From the NCBI GenBank assembly GCA_040081465.1, contig JBEBGL010000007.1:35976-99975 (forward strand): DNA of 64,000 nt, written 5' to 3'. The DNA comes from Ilumatobacteraceae bacterium. Lineage in GTDB: Bacteria; Actinomycetota; Acidimicrobiia; Acidimicrobiales; Ilumatobacteraceae. The notes below the pieces were generated by a model that was not told the DNA's origin, ran no database searches, and was given only the letters and a program-made list of their open reading frames with translations. Within the stretch, counting starts at the first letter, position 1. Each line of letters opens with the position of its first letter. The position numbers were made by a program, and so were the translations under genes. Below are positions 36,551-45,671 of the stretch, piece after piece.

Positions 36551-36865
36551 ATGTCGGTGATGGTGAAGCCCGGAACTCGGCTGTTCAGCACAGTGTGCTC
36601 AACAGAGATGATCGCGGTGAAGGCTTCCGGCGTTGTGGTCGACGTAACAATCGGAGGCGCAACACCGGTGCTTGCAGCGGCCGATCGAACCGGCAGCGGC
36701 GCAGTGGCCGACGGACACGGAGGTGGCGCTGCGATGGGCAAGCGTTACGTCGATGCCGACGACACAATCGAGTTGCTGTGCACGAAGCCCGGCGAAGGCG
36801 TACCTGCGGTGGCCGGAGTGCTGCTGCAGTTGAAGGACGCCAAGCCAATGCCGGCAAGCGACTAG
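36551..36865 (+). CDS. Hypothetical small protein
   Basis: The ORF directly abuts the ligase stop. No family is recognised. Confidence 0.35.
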   Translation: MSVMVKPGTRLFSTVCSTEMIAVKASGVVVDVTIGGATPVLAAADRTGSGAVADGHGGGAAMGKRYVDADDTIELLCTKPGEGVPAVAGVLLQLKDAKPMPASD

Positions 36866-36977
36866 CGCAGATCGGCAGCCCGCGTAGGACAAACCGACCT
36901 CAGGTTGCTGGTGTCGGTCGGCATCGGATAACGCGATGGTGATTCGGCGAGGAGATCGCCAGTTCTCGCGCATCTAT

Positions 36978-37244
36978 TTAGGATCGGACTGCAACGACAA
37001 ACATCCAGGCAACGACCGCCGCATACAAGACGGCTCCAACTGGATACACCCAGCGACCTTTGCGCAACGTCTGATACTCCTCCTCGGGATCACCCGTTCC
37101 ACCAAGAAATCTCACGACCCGACCACTCGCGCGCTTTGCTGCCATCCGTCGCAGCTCACCGTCGGGATCCTTAAAGGCCTTTCGGTTCACAACCGCTAGG
37201 AGGATGCCCCAGCCGAGAAACAGAATTGGAACGTATAAGGGCAC
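36978..37244 (-). CDS. Small two-TM membrane protein
   Basis: GTG 37244 is preceded by a GGGGGAG ribosome-binding site. It has hydrophobic N- and C-terminal segments. Confidence 0.4.
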   Translation of the reverse strand: MPLYVPILFLGWGILLAVVNRKAFKDPDGELRRMAAKRASGRVVRFLGGTGDPEEEYQTLRKGRWVYPVGAVLYAAVVAWMFVVAVRS

Positions 37245-37332
37245 GTTCTAATGCTCCCCCGCCATACCGCGCATATTGCTCGCTGTGTACGCACAACACA
37301 AGTGCCGCATCGACCGTTTGGACGGAGGAAGG

Positions 37333-37375
37333 GGTGCTATTAGGAGTTGATCAGGTTGCCGGTGGCGGTTGGGCG
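37333..37375 (-). repeat. C-rich repeat family, copy D (inverted relative to copies E, A, B, C)
   Basis: The reverse complement is CGCCCAACCGCCACCGGCAACCTGATCAACTCCTAATAGCACC. A 27-nt run is identical to 55086..55112. Confidence 0.7.
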
Positions 37376-37438
37376 TTCTGGGGCCAATTTGTTGCGGAAG
37401 CCGGAACAGATCAGCCCCAGATAACGAATTGGGACGAT

Positions 37439-38287
37439 TTAGACGACGATCTCGTCTACTAAGCCCCACTCCCTCGCGGTCTCGGCGTTGATTCGCCTAT
37501 CGGTGAGCGCAAGCGCGGCGGTGCGTTGGCGGCCTATTCGGCGCGGCACGCTCACGGTTCCTCCGGCGCCGGGGATTAGGCCTAGTCCGACCTCTGGTAG
37601 GCCGATTGACGTATCGCGCAGCGCGACGACGCGGCTGGCGAACGCGGCCATCTCGATGCCTCCGCCCAGGGTGTTGCCGTGAATCTCTGCACTCAATCGA
37701 TCGCGCAGCTGATGAAGTAGTCGCGCTGGGCTTTGGGCCAATCGCGTGATGTGGGCAGTCGCGGGATCGGTGCGCGATCCGAACTCGGAGAGGTCGCCGC
37801 CACTGCAGAACGACGGACCGCGACCGCGCAGCACGACGCGGCGGATTGAATCGTCGGCCACAGCGATCGCGAGTGCTTCGCAGAGTTCGTCGCGCATCCG
37901 AGTTGTAATCGCGTTGTGTCGCTGCGGGCGGTCGAGTGTCACCACTAGGTCGTCGTCGTGACGCTCGATCGAGATCGTGCTCGGCCCGTTGTCGGTGGCC
38001 GCTGTGCTCGTCGTTGCTGCACGCCACGCGGCGAACTCGGGACCGGCCTGCAACATCGAATAGGCGGCCGACTCTTGCGCAAGGGCCGCGGCCACGGTCA
38101 AATCGAGAGACGAACGCAAGAGAACGGCGAGCGTCGTTGCCGCCAGCGGATTTCGATCGACAGTGGCTGCGAGTTCGACGACATCGGCGGCGCCGATGAC
38201 GAGGTCGGCTTCCTCTGGGCCATCGCCGCCGAACACATCGCCAACCCAACACACGATCACGGGGAGCGAGCCAGGGGACTGCAGCAC
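37439..38287 (-). CDS. Enoyl-CoA hydratase/isomerase family protein (start uncertain)
   Basis: Crotonase core FCSGGDLSEF...GGGIEMAAF...GLIPGAGGT. The tracked ORF extends to 38590 but overlaps the divergent gene. GTG 38287 is chosen tentatively. Confidence 0.6.
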   Translation of the reverse strand: MLQSPGSLPVIVCWVGDVFGGDGPEEADLVIGAADVVELAATVDRNPLAATTLAVLLRSSLDLTVAAALAQESAAYSMLQAGPEFAAWRAATTSTAATDNGPSTISIERHDDDLVVTLDRPQRHNAITTRMRDELCEALAIAVADDSIRRVVLRGRGPSFCSGGDLSEFGSRTDPATAHITRLAQSPARLLHQLRDRLSAEIHGNTLGGGIEMAAFASRVVALRDTSIGLPEVGLGLIPGAGGTVSVPRRIGRQRTAALALTDRRINAETAREWGLVDEIVV

Positions 38288-38447
38288 GCTTCCTCGCGGC
38301 CCGGTGACCAGCAGAGTGGTGGTGCGATCGGCGCCGGCAAGGGACTCTTGTACCCAGGGCGAAGTAATGAACGCGTTGTACTTGCTGGCAGAAAGCTCGA
38401 GGGAACCGATGCACTCATCGTAGATCGCGGCGACGAAGATAGGTCCC

Positions 38448-39671
38448 GTGACGTGGGAGCCGTTCGTGCCCGACTGGTCGGTAAGCGAAGTCGACGCGGC
38501 CGGACTGTGGGCCGACTGCGGTGGGCAGTGGTTGACCGATCCGGAGGTTGGGGTTCCCGTCGACCTTGTCGCCCGCGTCGTCGGAATCACGACTTGGCTC
38601 GACCAAGCTGGCGCGGGCCTTACTGATCTGTTCGGAAACCTCGGAACCGGAGTGCTGACAGAGCGCGCCGCGACGCAGCGGCTGCGCCGCTCTGGTCGAG
38701 TGAGCTGCGGCGAAGCGTCGCGACTTGTCCGCTGCGTTGACGGTTGGCTTGCCGTTTCCTTGGCTCGCCCAGACGACTTTGCTGCAGTGCCGGCTTGGTT
38801 GGGAATCGATTCATGTGAGTGGTCGGCCGTTGAGAGCGCGCTCGCGGCAACGACGGTTAAGGCAACGGTGGAGCGCGCGGCTTTGCTCGGAATCGCGTGC
38901 GCGGAGGTTGGCGAGCGCGTAGCGAGCGGTTCCGGACTTCAACTCGAATCGCTTGGCGCTGCGGCGCCCGCGCCGTTGCGGGAACTCGTGGTGGCGAACC
39001 TGGCATCCCTCTGGGCGGGACCACTCGCGGCGGATGTACTCGCGCGCTGCGGGGCGAGGGTGATATCGATCGAGAGCACGTCGCGTCCTGATGGAGCGCG
39101 CGCATGGCCAGCTTTCTTCGACGACTTGCACGGCCGTTGCGAATCGGTCGCGCTCGATTTCACCGACGAGGGCGATCGCCGCCGACTCGCTGCGTTGCTA
39201 CAACACGTCGACGTTGTGATCGAAGGCTCGCGGCCGAGAGCACTCGAACAACTCGGGATCGATGCTCGCGCTCTCACGCATAACGGACCACGGCTGTGGG
39301 TCTCGATCACCGGTCATGGTCGCGAAGAGCCATACGCACATCGGATCGGTTTTGGTGATGACGCGGCTGCGGCTGGCGGTTTGGTCGGCTGCGTGAACGG
39401 TGAACCTCGATTTCTCGCCGACGCAATCGCCGACCCACTCACTGGTCTTACGGTCGCCGCCGCCGTGGTCCAACTCGCTGCACGTGGCGGCCGTTGGTTG
39501 ATCGACGCGCCCTTAGCTGGTGTCGCAGCAGCTCACGTCGGAAGCGCGCCGACAGTCGTTGCGCGTCCGGATCCCAAACCGCCGATGCGACGACGCGAGC
39601 GCGGTAACACGGTCCCGCTCGGACGCGACACCAAGCGAGTCCTTGCGGAGTTCGGCATAATCAATCAATGA
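38448..39671 (+). CDS. Family III CoA-transferase-like protein (atypical domain order)
   Basis: The LASLWAGPLAADVLARCGARVISIES motif lies about 175 aa from the N-terminus instead of at the N-terminus. The start is uncertain. Confidence 0.65.
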   Translation: MTWEPFVPDWSVSEVDAAGLWADCGGQWLTDPEVGVPVDLVARVVGITTWLDQAGAGLTDLFGNLGTGVLTERAATQRLRRSGRVSCGEASRLVRCVDGWLAVSLARPDDFAAVPAWLGIDSCEWSAVESALAATTVKATVERAALLGIACAEVGERVASGSGLQLESLGAAAPAPLRELVVANLASLWAGPLAADVLARCGARVISIESTSRPDGARAWPAFFDDLHGRCESVALDFTDEGDRRRLAALLQHVDVVIEGSRPRALEQLGIDARALTHNGPRLWVSITGHGREEPYAHRIGFGDDAAAAGGLVGCVNGEPRFLADAIADPLTGLTVAAAVVQLAARGGRWLIDAPLAGVAAAHVGSAPTVVARPDPKPPMRRRERGNTVPLGRDTKRVLAEFGIINQ

Positions 39672-40585
39672 CGCCGATCCTCGATACGCACGTTCACTTC
39701 TGGGATCACGATGTTGCTGGCATGCGCTGGCCGTGGCTCGAGAAAGGCTTCAAGAGTTCTCAGCACAGTTGGACGACCGAGTCTGCGAGCAAGCGTCTCG
39801 CCGCGATGCACGGTGCACGTCGCTTCACCGTTGCAGAGTTTTGTGAGGAAGTCGCAGGTGTCGGCGTTGCAGGAATGATTCACGCACACGCTGCGTCGGG
39901 CATGGCAGACCCTGCGTTCGAGACGCAATGGGTCGCCGAGATGGCGCGCACGGACGGTTGGCCGGTCGGAATCATCGGGTCGTGCAACCTGGCTTCGGCC
40001 GACGGCCCCGATCTACTGCGCAGGCATCGGGCGGCGAGCGAACGCTGCCGATCTGTTCGGGATATGAACGGCCCGAAAGGTTTGGATGTCGATGCTTGTG
40101 CCGCCACCCTCGCTGTCGCCGATGAACTCGGCTTCTCGATCGAGTTGCGCACCGCGCCGGAGAAGTTCGGCATGTTTGCCGAGTTCGCCGACCGTTTTCC
40201 GAACGTGACGTTCGTTCTGAGCCACGCCTCGCTACCACTCGAACGCACACCACAATCGCTGGAAGCTTGGATCGCCGCCGCGACGACGATCGCCAAGCGT
40301 CCGAACTTCGTTTGCAAGATCTCGGCACTCTGCGGAGGCTCGGACCCGAACTGGACGATCGACTCGATCCGTCCATGGGCCGAGGCGTGCTACGAGGTGT
40401 TCGGCCCGGACCGCGTAATGCTCGGTACCAATTGGCCGGTGGATCGCTTGTTCGGCAACTACGCCGACGTCGTCAATGCGTATCGAACGATCTTCTCGCC
40501 ACTTAGCGACGGTGACAGAACTGCGCTGTTCTACGGCAACGCTGCTGTGTTGTACGGAGTCGCGCTCGCCGATCTCGCGTTATAG
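39668..40585 (+). CDS. Amidohydrolase-2 family protein
   Basis: ILDTHVHFWD N-terminus and the LGTNWPVD motif. Confidence 0.8.
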   Translation: MTPILDTHVHFWDHDVAGMRWPWLEKGFKSSQHSWTTESASKRLAAMHGARRFTVAEFCEEVAGVGVAGMIHAHAASGMADPAFETQWVAEMARTDGWPVGIIGSCNLASADGPDLLRRHRAASERCRSVRDMNGPKGLDVDACAATLAVADELGFSIELRTAPEKFGMFAEFADRFPNVTFVLSHASLPLERTPQSLEAWIAAATTIAKRPNFVCKISALCGGSDPNWTIDSIRPWAEACYEVFGPDRVMLGTNWPVDRLFGNYADVVNAYRTIFSPLSDGDRTALFYGNAAVLYGVALADLAL

Positions 40586-40586
40586 G

Positions 40587-41543
40587 TCAGCGCGTCAGCT
40601 CGTGATGCATCTTCTCGCCCGCTAGATACAGCGCGAGATTGGCGAAGAAGATCTCGACGACTGCTTTCGGGCCGCCGAGGCTGGAACCAGCGTTGTGTGG
40701 CGTAATCAACACGTTCGGCAAATCCCATAGCGGATCACCGTCGGGCAGCGGCTCAGTCTCGAGGACATCCAGCCCTGCACCGGCGATGCGTCTCGCAGCC
40801 AACGCCTCGGTGAGTGCAGCTTGATCGACCAATGCGCCACGGGCGACATTGATGAAGAGCGCATGCGGTGGCATGCAATCGATCACACGTCGCGAAATGA
40901 TGCCTTTGGTTTCGTCGGTGATCGGAAGCGCTAGCACCATCACGTCGTGTTGCGCGGCAACGTCTTCGAGCTCGGCCAAGGTGCGTGTCGGGCACGGTTC
41001 GTCGCCGCGCACGGTTCGACGAACGATCGTCGGCTGCATGCCATACGCAAGTGCTAGCTCGGTGATGCGCTGACCGATTTGGCCGTACCCGAGCACAGCG
41101 ATCGAGCGACCTTCTAGCTCGCGCCATTCATGCCACTCGAAGTGATGCTGCGCTTGCGACTCGACAACGCGGCGAAGATCGCGTGAGAGACCGTGCAAGA
41201 ACATGAACACGCTCTCCGCGATCGCATTCGCCGAAGCGCCTGCGGAGCGCGTGACCCGAACCCCTCGTTCGCGCAGGCGATCGAAGATCGGACCTTCTGC
41301 TCCCGCCGAAAAGATGTGGAACCAATCGAGCTTCGGGGCCGTTTCGACTACATCCATAAATTGCTGAGCGAGTTTCGGCCAGGTGTCCTTCGACATGAAT
41401 GCGATCGTCACGCGTGCGAGATCGTCAGCCGAGATCTCGCCGGCCACACCGAGCGGCACAACTTCGACCTCAGGAGCTGTCGCGGCCAAACGTTGACCGT
41501 ACTGAACAAGGAAGTGATCGGTGCAGAACAGGACTGGCTTCAT
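40587..41543 (-). CDS. D-isomer-specific 2-hydroxyacid dehydrogenase family protein
   Basis: NAD-binding motif VLGYGQIGQR, plus NVARG and TPHNAG motifs. Confidence 0.85.
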   Translation of the reverse strand: MKPVLFCTDHFLVQYGQRLAATAPEVEVVPLGVAGEISADDLARVTIAFMSKDTWPKLAQQFMDVVETAPKLDWFHIFSAGAEGPIFDRLRERGVRVTRSAGASANAIAESVFMFLHGLSRDLRRVVESQAQHHFEWHEWRELEGRSIAVLGYGQIGQRITELALAYGMQPTIVRRTVRGDEPCPTRTLAELEDVAAQHDVMVLALPITDETKGIISRRVIDCMPPHALFINVARGALVDQAALTEALAARRIAGAGLDVLETEPLPDGDPLWDLPNVLITPHNAGSSLGGPKAVVEIFFANLALYLAGEKMHHELTR

Positions 41544-41557
41544 CCAGCGTCCAGTCG

Positions 41558-43024
41558 TTACTTGCGCGATCCGATGTCGACGTAGATGTTCTTGTCCTGC
41601 AAGAACTCCTTGACGCCAACGAGACCGCCTTCTCGTCCGTACCCGCTGTGCTTCATGCCGCCAAACGGTGCGCTTGGAGGCATTGGGGCGAATGCATTCA
41701 CGCCGACCGAGCCGACTTTCAAACTGTGTGCAACTCGATGTGCCCGACCGATGTCGCGCGTAAACACGAGTCCGCCGAGACCGTAAAGCGAATCGTTGGC
41801 AAGCCGAACGGCTTCGTCCTCATCAGTGAACCGCACCAGGCTGAGCACTGGCCCGAAAACCTCGTCCTGCGCAATCGGCGACGCGTTGTCGACGCTGCCG
41901 AAAACCGTTGGTGCAACGAAAAATCCAGAAGCAAGGTCGCCTTCCAATCGTTGGCCACCGGTGAGCAACGTGCCGTCGCCACGCTTACGCGCGCCTTCGA
42001 TCATCGAAAGAATCCGCTCCAAAGAAACCTGCGAAATCACCGGACCAGCCTGCACGCCGGCGTCGAATGGCCGCCCGACCGAGAGCGCTGACGCTGCTGC
42101 GACGATGCGCTTTTCGACTTCGTCGTACACGCCAGCTTGAACCAATAACCGAGTCGGCAACACACATCCCTGGCCGCTCATGCCGCCCAGCGCAGAGAAG
42201 ATTGTCGTCGCCACGGCAGCGTCGAGATCGCCGTCGTCGAAGATGATGTTTGCCGACTTACCGCCGAGTTCGAGAATCACGGGTGTCAGGTTCGCCGCGG
42301 CGCCGCGCAGGACATGACGCGCAGTCGCGGTGCCGCCGGTGAAACTGATCTTGTTGACACCGGCGTGCGCCACCAGCGCTTCGCCAGCAGCGACGCCGCC
42401 AGGGACAACGTTCAACACTCCAGGCGGAATGCCAGCTTCCAGTGCGAGCTCGCCGAATCGCAGCGGCGCCAACGTCGCCAACTCGGATGGCTTCAGCACT
42501 ACACAGTTGCCGGCCACCAGCGCGGGCACAACCTTCATCGCGACCGACACGACGCCACCGTTCCATGGCGTCAGAGCGGCAACCGTTCCGTACGGCTCGG
42601 GAACTGTGTAATCGAGCACCGTCGAGCTGATCGGAATTGTGGTGCCCTCAAGCTTGTCGACCCAGCCAGCGAAGTAGCGGATGTACTCGACCGCCATGTT
42701 GAGGCCCTTGCCTTGCTTCTTCGGTGCACCGAGTTCGAGCGAGCGCAGGATCGACAGCTCCTCGTGGTGCTCGTCGAGCGTGTCGGCAAGCGCCATGATC
42801 AAGTCGCGACGTCGAGCGGGCGCCAACGCGCGCCAACCCGCTTCGGCCTCGTTGGCGGCGCGCACGGCGTCGTCGATCTCGCTCGAGCCAGCAAGAGTGA
42901 TTGGCGCGAGGACTTCACCGGTCGACGGGTCGATTTGCTCGAACACACCAGCGTCGGTGCGCGCTACACGACCGTCGCCGATCAGCAACGAACCCTTAGG
43001 TAACTCGATTCCGTGAACGGTCAC
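41558..43024 (-). CDS. Aldehyde dehydrogenase
   Basis: ELGGKSANII, GQGCV catalytic Cys region and EVFGPVL motifs. 488 aa. Confidence 0.9.
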   Translation of the reverse strand: MTVHGIELPKGSLLIGDGRVARTDAGVFEQIDPSTGEVLAPITLAGSSEIDDAVRAANEAEAGWRALAPARRRDLIMALADTLDEHHEELSILRSLELGAPKKQGKGLNMAVEYIRYFAGWVDKLEGTTIPISSTVLDYTVPEPYGTVAALTPWNGGVVSVAMKVVPALVAGNCVVLKPSELATLAPLRFGELALEAGIPPGVLNVVPGGVAAGEALVAHAGVNKISFTGGTATARHVLRGAAANLTPVILELGGKSANIIFDDGDLDAAVATTIFSALGGMSGQGCVLPTRLLVQAGVYDEVEKRIVAAASALSVGRPFDAGVQAGPVISQVSLERILSMIEGARKRGDGTLLTGGQRLEGDLASGFFVAPTVFGSVDNASPIAQDEVFGPVLSLVRFTDEDEAVRLANDSLYGLGGLVFTRDIGRAHRVAHSLKVGSVGVNAFAPMPPSAPFGGMKHSGYGREGGLVGVKEFLQDKNIYVDIGSRK

Positions 43025-43036
43025 ACGGTCACGCGG

Positions 43037-44362
43037 TCACGAAAGGGAGATGGTGGCGAATTCGCCTTCTGCAGTCCAGCAACCGCACTCGGTCGTCCAG
43101 GTGATGGTTCGAACCTGATCGACACCCGCATGATCGTCGGCGCTATACGACACGTTGCCCCACCAAGCCATCTCGAGGTCGGTAATCATCTCGAGCGATG
43201 CAGCGAAGCTCTCGGGTGTGATGTCGGCTCCGCCTGCATTGCGCAGGCCTTCCAGCAGGATCGCCATCAGGTCGCAGGTAAACAACAACTGGCCCGTCGC
43301 GGCTGTCACCGGCACACTCAAGTCGACGTCTTCGCCGGCGTACGACTCGTAGTTCTCGATGCAAGTCGCCGCCGCGGCGCTGGGTTCGATTCCGGCCGCG
43401 AGTTCACCAACGCGACTGAACGTCATCGCCTGCACGCCATCAATCAGGTCTTGAGGGAGTGCGTCCGTTGAAACGTCGTTCAAATGGCTCGCCCATTCAA
43501 ACCACAGCAAATCGGGCGAGTAGCCCTGCGTGTTCGCACCGTCGAGGAAGGCCGTCATGCTGCTAGTGCCGACCATCAGAATCGGAAAGTCGACGCCGTC
43601 CTCGATGAAGCGAGGAACGAGAATCGCGTCCTGCGGGCTGCCAATACCCTCACCGTCAGACGGCAGATCCGAGACAACCTCAACGCCCAGCTCCGCAAGC
43701 GCGGCTTTCAAGTCGTCGGCAGCTTCCTCGGAGCGCGTGTCCCAGTAGATGCCAACCCTCTTGCCCTCAAGGGCGCCTCTCTCATTGGCCCACTCGACGA
43801 ACGACAAGATGGCCTGCGATTGAGTGGGCTGCACCGAAAACAGCCACGGTGCGCCGCGCTCGTAATCGGATGTGGACAAACCCATCGACGTGATGATCGG
43901 GATACCAAAGCGCTCGGCGAGGCACGTGGAACCGACTGGGAAGTCGCGGCTCGCGATCGCCGCGAATATTTCATCGTCCTGAGCAAACTTGGTGCACGCA
44001 CCCAGCATGTCGTCGGGGTTAAGCGTGTTGAACTTCGCGAACACCAACTCGATGTCGATGCCAGCCGGAAGGAGTCCGTCGCGCCGCCAACCCTCGAGAA
44101 CCGACTGCGCCTGAAGCTCGATGTCACCGAGCGAGAACTTGTCACTCAGAATCGTGAACGCCGAGACGTCTTGATAGGCGTAACCAATCTTCAGAGTGCG
44201 GGTTTCCCCAGTGGGTGCAGTCGTATCGCTCGTCGAGTCGCCGGTGCTAGTCGGTGCCGCGGTGTCGGAGGTGTTCGGCGAGTCGGCGTCTTTGTCGTCG
44301 CTGCACGCGATTGCGATCAGCGAAAGAGCCATTAATGCTGCGATCCGAGATTTGCGCTTCAC
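43037..44362 (-). CDS. ABC transporter substrate-binding lipoprotein (branched-chain amino acid/amide type)
   Basis: Lipobox LIAIAC-S. Type-I periplasmic binding protein layout. The start is set at GTG 44362. Confidence 0.75.
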   Translation of the reverse strand: MKRKSRIAALMALSLIAIACSDDKDADSPNTSDTAAPTSTGDSTSDTTAPTGETRTLKIGYAYQDVSAFTILSDKFSLGDIELQAQSVLEGWRRDGLLPAGIDIELVFAKFNTLNPDDMLGACTKFAQDDEIFAAIASRDFPVGSTCLAERFGIPIITSMGLSTSDYERGAPWLFSVQPTQSQAILSFVEWANERGALEGKRVGIYWDTRSEEAADDLKAALAELGVEVVSDLPSDGEGIGSPQDAILVPRFIEDGVDFPILMVGTSSMTAFLDGANTQGYSPDLLWFEWASHLNDVSTDALPQDLIDGVQAMTFSRVGELAAGIEPSAAAATCIENYESYAGEDVDLSVPVTAATGQLLFTCDLMAILLEGLRNAGGADITPESFAASLEMITDLEMAWWGNVSYSADDHAGVDQVRTITWTTECGCWTAEGEFATISLS

Positions 44363-44413
44363 GATCAACCCCCATTGTTCACGAACGAATAGTGCACGAC
44401 ACATGGTCGGATA

Positions 44414-44429
44414 ATTCAGTATGCCGAAT
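44414..44429. promoter_or_regulatory. Operator-like quasi-palindrome, site 4 (ATTCAGTATGCCGAAT)
   Basis: It lies about 50 nt upstream of the substrate-binding-protein start at 44362 (minus strand). Confidence 0.4.
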
Positions 44430-44530
44430 CTAGCACCGGTGAATATTAGGTGCCGAAAAATGAACGACCGCCGGTCACGTCGGAGTGATCCGACGCGGCC
44501 GACGGCCGTTGTTAGAAACCTGCTACTGGA

Positions 44531-45526
44531 CTACGCGTCGATCCCGCCCATTGCGAGGAATGCTGCCCAGATATCGGCTGAGAGCTTCCAGACGCCGTTC
44601 TCGAGTACCGACACACCGTTCGCCTTGTCGAGTTGCGACGGTGCGCCGAAGCTGAGGGCGCTGAAGAGGTAGGTGGCCTCGGTGCCATCGGCGTTGAAGG
44701 TCGGTGCTTCGTCGATGATGAGCGTCAACTCAGCAGCGGCGGCCAGACCGGCGATAGCGGGAATGTGTTGCGAGACTTCTTCGGTGTCGCCACCCTGAAT
44801 CAAGCAAGCTGCTGCACGCAATGCGGGCTCAACCAGTCGCGGATCGGAGTCCGGATTGCCTGCGATTGCGAGGTGGTCGAACAATGCAACCACGTTTGCC
44901 TCGACTTCCGGGCCTGCTACGGCCGCATCGAACGGTGCGTCCGGGTCGGGAGGCGTTCCGCCACCCATTCCGATGAACGCAGCCCAGATGTCGGACGAGA
45001 GCTTCCAGACGCCACCTTCGAGAACCGAGATGCCGTTGGCGTGGTCGAGTTGCGACGGTGCTCCGAAGCTGAGGGCGCTGAAGAGGTAGTTGGCCTCGGT
45101 GCCTTCCGCGTTGAACGTTGCCGCTTCATCGATGACGAGCGTCAACTCGGCAGCGGCGGCGAGACCGGCGATGGTCGGAATTGTCGACAGGGTTGCCGGG
45201 CAGTCGCCGCCCTCGACGAGCAGTGCTGCTGCCCCGACTGCGGCTGCGGCATCTTCGGCTGACGAGTCGGGGCTGCCTGCGATGGCGAGCTGGTCGAACA
45301 GACCGACAACGTTGGCCGCGACTTCAGCAGCAGCGGCATCGGCATCAAAGGTCGGGCCGGCCTCTGTCGTCGTTGGCGCATCGGTTGGCGGTGTTGTGTC
45401 GGCGACGGTGGTGGGCGCGTCGGTTTCGGCGACTGTTGTATCCGCCGAATCCTTGTCGTCACCGCATGAGGCCAGGATCAGAACGCTTGCGAATGCAGCC
45501 GCCTGAACCTTTCTGAAACTGATCAT
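44531..45526 (-). CDS. Secreted lipoprotein with an internal tandem domain duplication
   Basis: Lipobox LILASC-G. Two ~135-aa repeats share ...AIAGLAAAAELTL.IDEA.TFNA.GTEA.YLFSALSFGAPSQLD.ANG.SVLE.GVWKLS.DIWAAF. Confidence 0.55.
   Translation of the reverse strand: MISFRKVQAAAFASVLILASCGDDKDSADTTVAETDAPTTVADTTPPTDAPTTTEAGPTFDADAAAAEVAANVVGLFDQLAIAGSPDSSAEDAAAAVGAAALLVEGGDCPATLSTIPTIAGLAAAAELTLVIDEAATFNAEGTEANYLFSALSFGAPSQLDHANGISVLEGGVWKLSSDIWAAFIGMGGGTPPDPDAPFDAAVAGPEVEANVVALFDHLAIAGNPDSDPRLVEPALRAAACLIQGGDTEEVSQHIPAIAGLAAAAELTLIIDEAPTFNADGTEATYLFSALSFGAPSQLDKANGVSVLENGVWKLSADIWAAFLAMGGIDA
44534..45349 (-). repeat. Intragenic tandem duplication (two units of about 399 and 417 nt)
   Basis: Unit boundaries are about 44534..44932 and 44933..45349. 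Long near-identical nucleotide runs occur, e.g. gagttgcgacggtgc.ccgaagctgagggcgctgaagaggtag in both units. Confidence 0.8.
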
Positions 45527-45641
45527 TTGTGGGTCCCCCTGGGATTTTGGACGTTCGAACAGTCTCGCTCGATCCATCGGGATGCCCCCGCATCCGTAAA
45601 TCAGTACACTACATAGCGTCCGTTGAGTAAATCAAGACCCG

Positions 45642-45671
45642 CTTGAACAATCAGTCCTTGAACAATCAGTC
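45642..45671. repeat. Perfect 15-bp direct tandem repeat, two copies (cttgaacaatcagtc)
   Basis: Read directly from the sequence. The second copy overlaps the stop codon of the 45666..46367 gene. Confidence 0.9.

Noticed and set aside
45642-45671. CRISPR-like or other array
   Set aside because: It is just two abutting 15-bp copies with no spacers. No CRISPR array, cas genes, rRNA genes, IS elements or transposases were seen anywhere in the window.
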